64,000 bases of DNA from NCBI GenBank assembly GCA_964016885.1, contig OZ024742.1, positions 122,512,001-122,576,000 of the forward strand, read 5' to 3'. Shown piece after piece: positions 61,309 to 64,000 of the stretch. The notes below the pieces were generated by a model. It did not search any database. It worked only from the letters and a program-made list of their open reading frames with translations, and was not told where the DNA came from. Source of the stretch: Eledone cirrhosa (Eukaryota). The position numbers and the translations under genes are program-made. Positions within the stretch are counted from its first letter, which is position 1; every line of letters begins with the position of its first letter.

Positions 61309-62038
61309 TGAATATTATACGTAATCTAAATGTACATAAAAATATATTTCTATATTACATTATGTTTATTTTCAGAATTTCATAAGATAATTCACTTACG
61401 AGAGAGGGGAAGAAAACGAGAGGGAGAGAGAGAGAGAAACATAAATTAATATAATAGATAGATTGAAGACAGATTCATAGACAGACATACATATGTGTAT
61501 ATATATATATATACATATATATGGTGGCTGTCATCTCGTTTTCGAGTACGGCCACTACTTTATATCCATGTGGGAGAACTCCTACCGATGCGCTGAACGA
61601 GTGTCACTTTTTAGTCCAGCCAGCGACTTGAAAACTCTGGTACAAACACTAAACTTGTGACAATTATTGACACATAGTGCTGGGCCCATGGTACCATTTG
61701 ACGACAAGTGCAGAGAGATCTCCAGATATTAAGCAATGCCTGTGCCGTGGAGCTTGTATAGTGAGCAAAGGCACTACACAAAGCCAGTCCCACTCTCTTA
61801 ACCAAGATGATATTTACCAACAAGAACTAGTCAACATCATTGGATACCATCAGGGTTGCAGGTGGTATATCAGAGTTTTTCTTCTCCTAGAATTCTGCCT
61901 TGACAAAGGCTAAGGGATCATCTCTCCCGGTGATTTTGGATGGCCATTGACTCTTAAGAGCTCCTTTGCCCTTTGACAGGTTTTGTTTATAGTCCTGCAG
62001 GATGTCCAAAGTCACCCTCCTCACCAAGAAACCTTGGT

Positions 62039-62216
<178 letters not shown>

Positions 62217-62702
62217 GGACGGTACTTGATTTAGGAGCCGCAGAAACCCATATACTGGATTTTACCAACCTTCCAGGGGTCCCGGTAAATTTTCAATACC
62301 CGAATTACTTGATCGTGTTTTTTTGGGGGGGCTATGCGAGTGATTGTTTAACCATCGTCTCAGTGTGTTTGGCCTTTAACGTTTGTTATAGCTCTGGTTC
62401 ATCTGAATCATTGAGCACTTGCCGCACACCTCGGAGGATGTTTTTCGTTATTTCGTGAGCCGAAATGCGAATCTCGATAATTTATGTTTATATATATATA
62501 TATATATATATGAAATAAACGAATTTTCGTGTACATATGAAAAATGTTTAGTGTGTATCGACCTGTTACTCGCGTTTCGCCGCAGATGATTGGCTCAAGG
62601 TAGTCTATAAGAGTTATAGGCCAGAGTTTATTATATACACTCTGCCTGTTCATAGAATGCTTGATTTGGTACCAACACCAGTAATTCGCTATATTACGCA
62701 CG

Positions 62703-63409
62703 CTATATATATATATTAAAACTGTAGTTGTCTGTGTGTGTGTCCTCATTTTTGCAAAGTCTATACAAATCCACATTTCTACTCCGATTGACTTCAAACT
62801 TGCATTTATATGTTCCTTGCGGTCTAAAGATATTAACTGCAGCTTTTATCTTTTCAATTTTCTGTTGTTAAAGGGGTGTTAGGTGCTGGTTATCGATCTC
62901 CGTCGCGCCCTTATAATATCTGTCTGTATGTCTGGCTGTCTCCATTACGACATTATGACAAACATTGATGACATATTATGTTCGCTATTTTCCGTTCATT
63001 GCCAGGGAAGGTCTTCATGGACCAAAGTATCGTCTTCCTGTTTTCCTTCGGTTGCAACGTTTGTAACTTAGTGAAAAGACTGCGAACGAAATTTTGAGGT
63101 AAGTAGTCTACGCCTTACTGCTATTGAACTGGAACCTTCTGCCAACTTAACCTGTGACTTTCTCTTTCACATTTACTCCAATAGGCCAACACAGGGGAGT
63201 ATGGAAATAAGGGGCTCAATAATATTTCTATGAACAATGCACGTAGACAGCGAAACTGTACTTTCAACTTCTTAATTTTCTCCAAATAAAAAAAAATTCC
63301 AGTTGGTATATTTTTGTGAGTTTTTAACAGGCACTGACAAATAACGGTTTCTCATTGGAGGTGCTATTACCAATGTTCTTACCCCTGCAACGCCGGGATA
63401 CACTGCTAG
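62703..63409 (+). mobile_element. Probable non-autonomous Helitron
   Basis: 5' CTATATATATATATTAAAACTG...GTCTGTGTGT start; 3' CCCCTGCAACGCCGGG...CTAG|T end. Confidence 0.55.
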
Positions 63410-63429
63410 TATATATATAAATTATTTAT

Positions 63430-63710
63430 TAAAATAACAGATTAAAGTTTAAGCAAAAAATCACTGCTTTCACCCTTAACGGGATCTGAAACTAAAAAAA
63501 CCAATCTGTGAACGCAGAAGTAAATATTTCGAAAAATGTTGCAATCGAAGGAAAACAGGAAGACGATACTTTGGTTCTTGAAGAGGTTCCCTGGCAATGA
63601 ACGGAAACAAAGTGAAGATAAAACGTCGTTATGTGAAGCGATGAGAACAATTACACGCAAATATAAAATCACGTTAATGGTATAAATGGAGTCGTAGACT
63701 AATATTCTAT
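63430..63710 (-). mobile_element. Copy of the 39109-39600 element family
   Basis: The start matches 39109-39193; the remainder is the reverse complement of ~39295-39495. Confidence 0.75.
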
Positions 63711-64000
63711 TTAGGAAGCCGGATGATTCTCGGCTTCAGATTTTAGAATAATGTAAATAAATTAGTAGAACGAAAATGACAGAGGTTATTGAAATCAACA
63801 ATAACTAAATATATACATACACGCATCCATATACGTACTTACACATGCATAATCGAAAACACCCGGCATGCATGCATATAAAAGCACGTACACATAAACA
63901 CGCGCACACATACATAAACCCGCGCGACACCTGTATCCGCACACATACGAATGTATACACCAAATACACATAAAAAATATATGTATGTGTGTGTGTGCAT

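Overview
Eukaryotic, AT-rich, intergenic or intronic DNA with no supportable host gene. It is probably from a cephalopod (octopod): this is inferred from the tRNA-derived SINEs with a 'TTCATCCTTACGGGGTCGATAAAATAAAGTACCAGT' core and the dense (TA)n/(CA)n tracts. The window is almost entirely transposon-derived and has two regimes. (1) 4.3-25 kb: what appears to be one (TTA/TAA)n microsatellite is split by six non-LTR insertions. Three are R4/Dong-type RLE elements (two families, all minus strand). Three are young copies of a Tx1-clade APE element (all plus strand, joined to (ATT)n in the same register, no poly-A). One R4-Tx1 junction lacks the microsatellite and carries a 16-nt inverted Tx1 piece. 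(2) 26-64 kb: (TA)n tracts host many Penelope-like elements (Neptune-, Naiad- and Penelope/Poseidon-like), their fold-back and tandem non-coding derivatives with about ten hammerhead-ribozyme motifs, a CRE-clade fragment, non-autonomous Helitrons, a mariner remnant (a second lies at ~1.7 kb), SINEs and a near-perfect 630-bp tandem array. All alignments and counts were done by eye, and boundaries of decayed elements are approximate.
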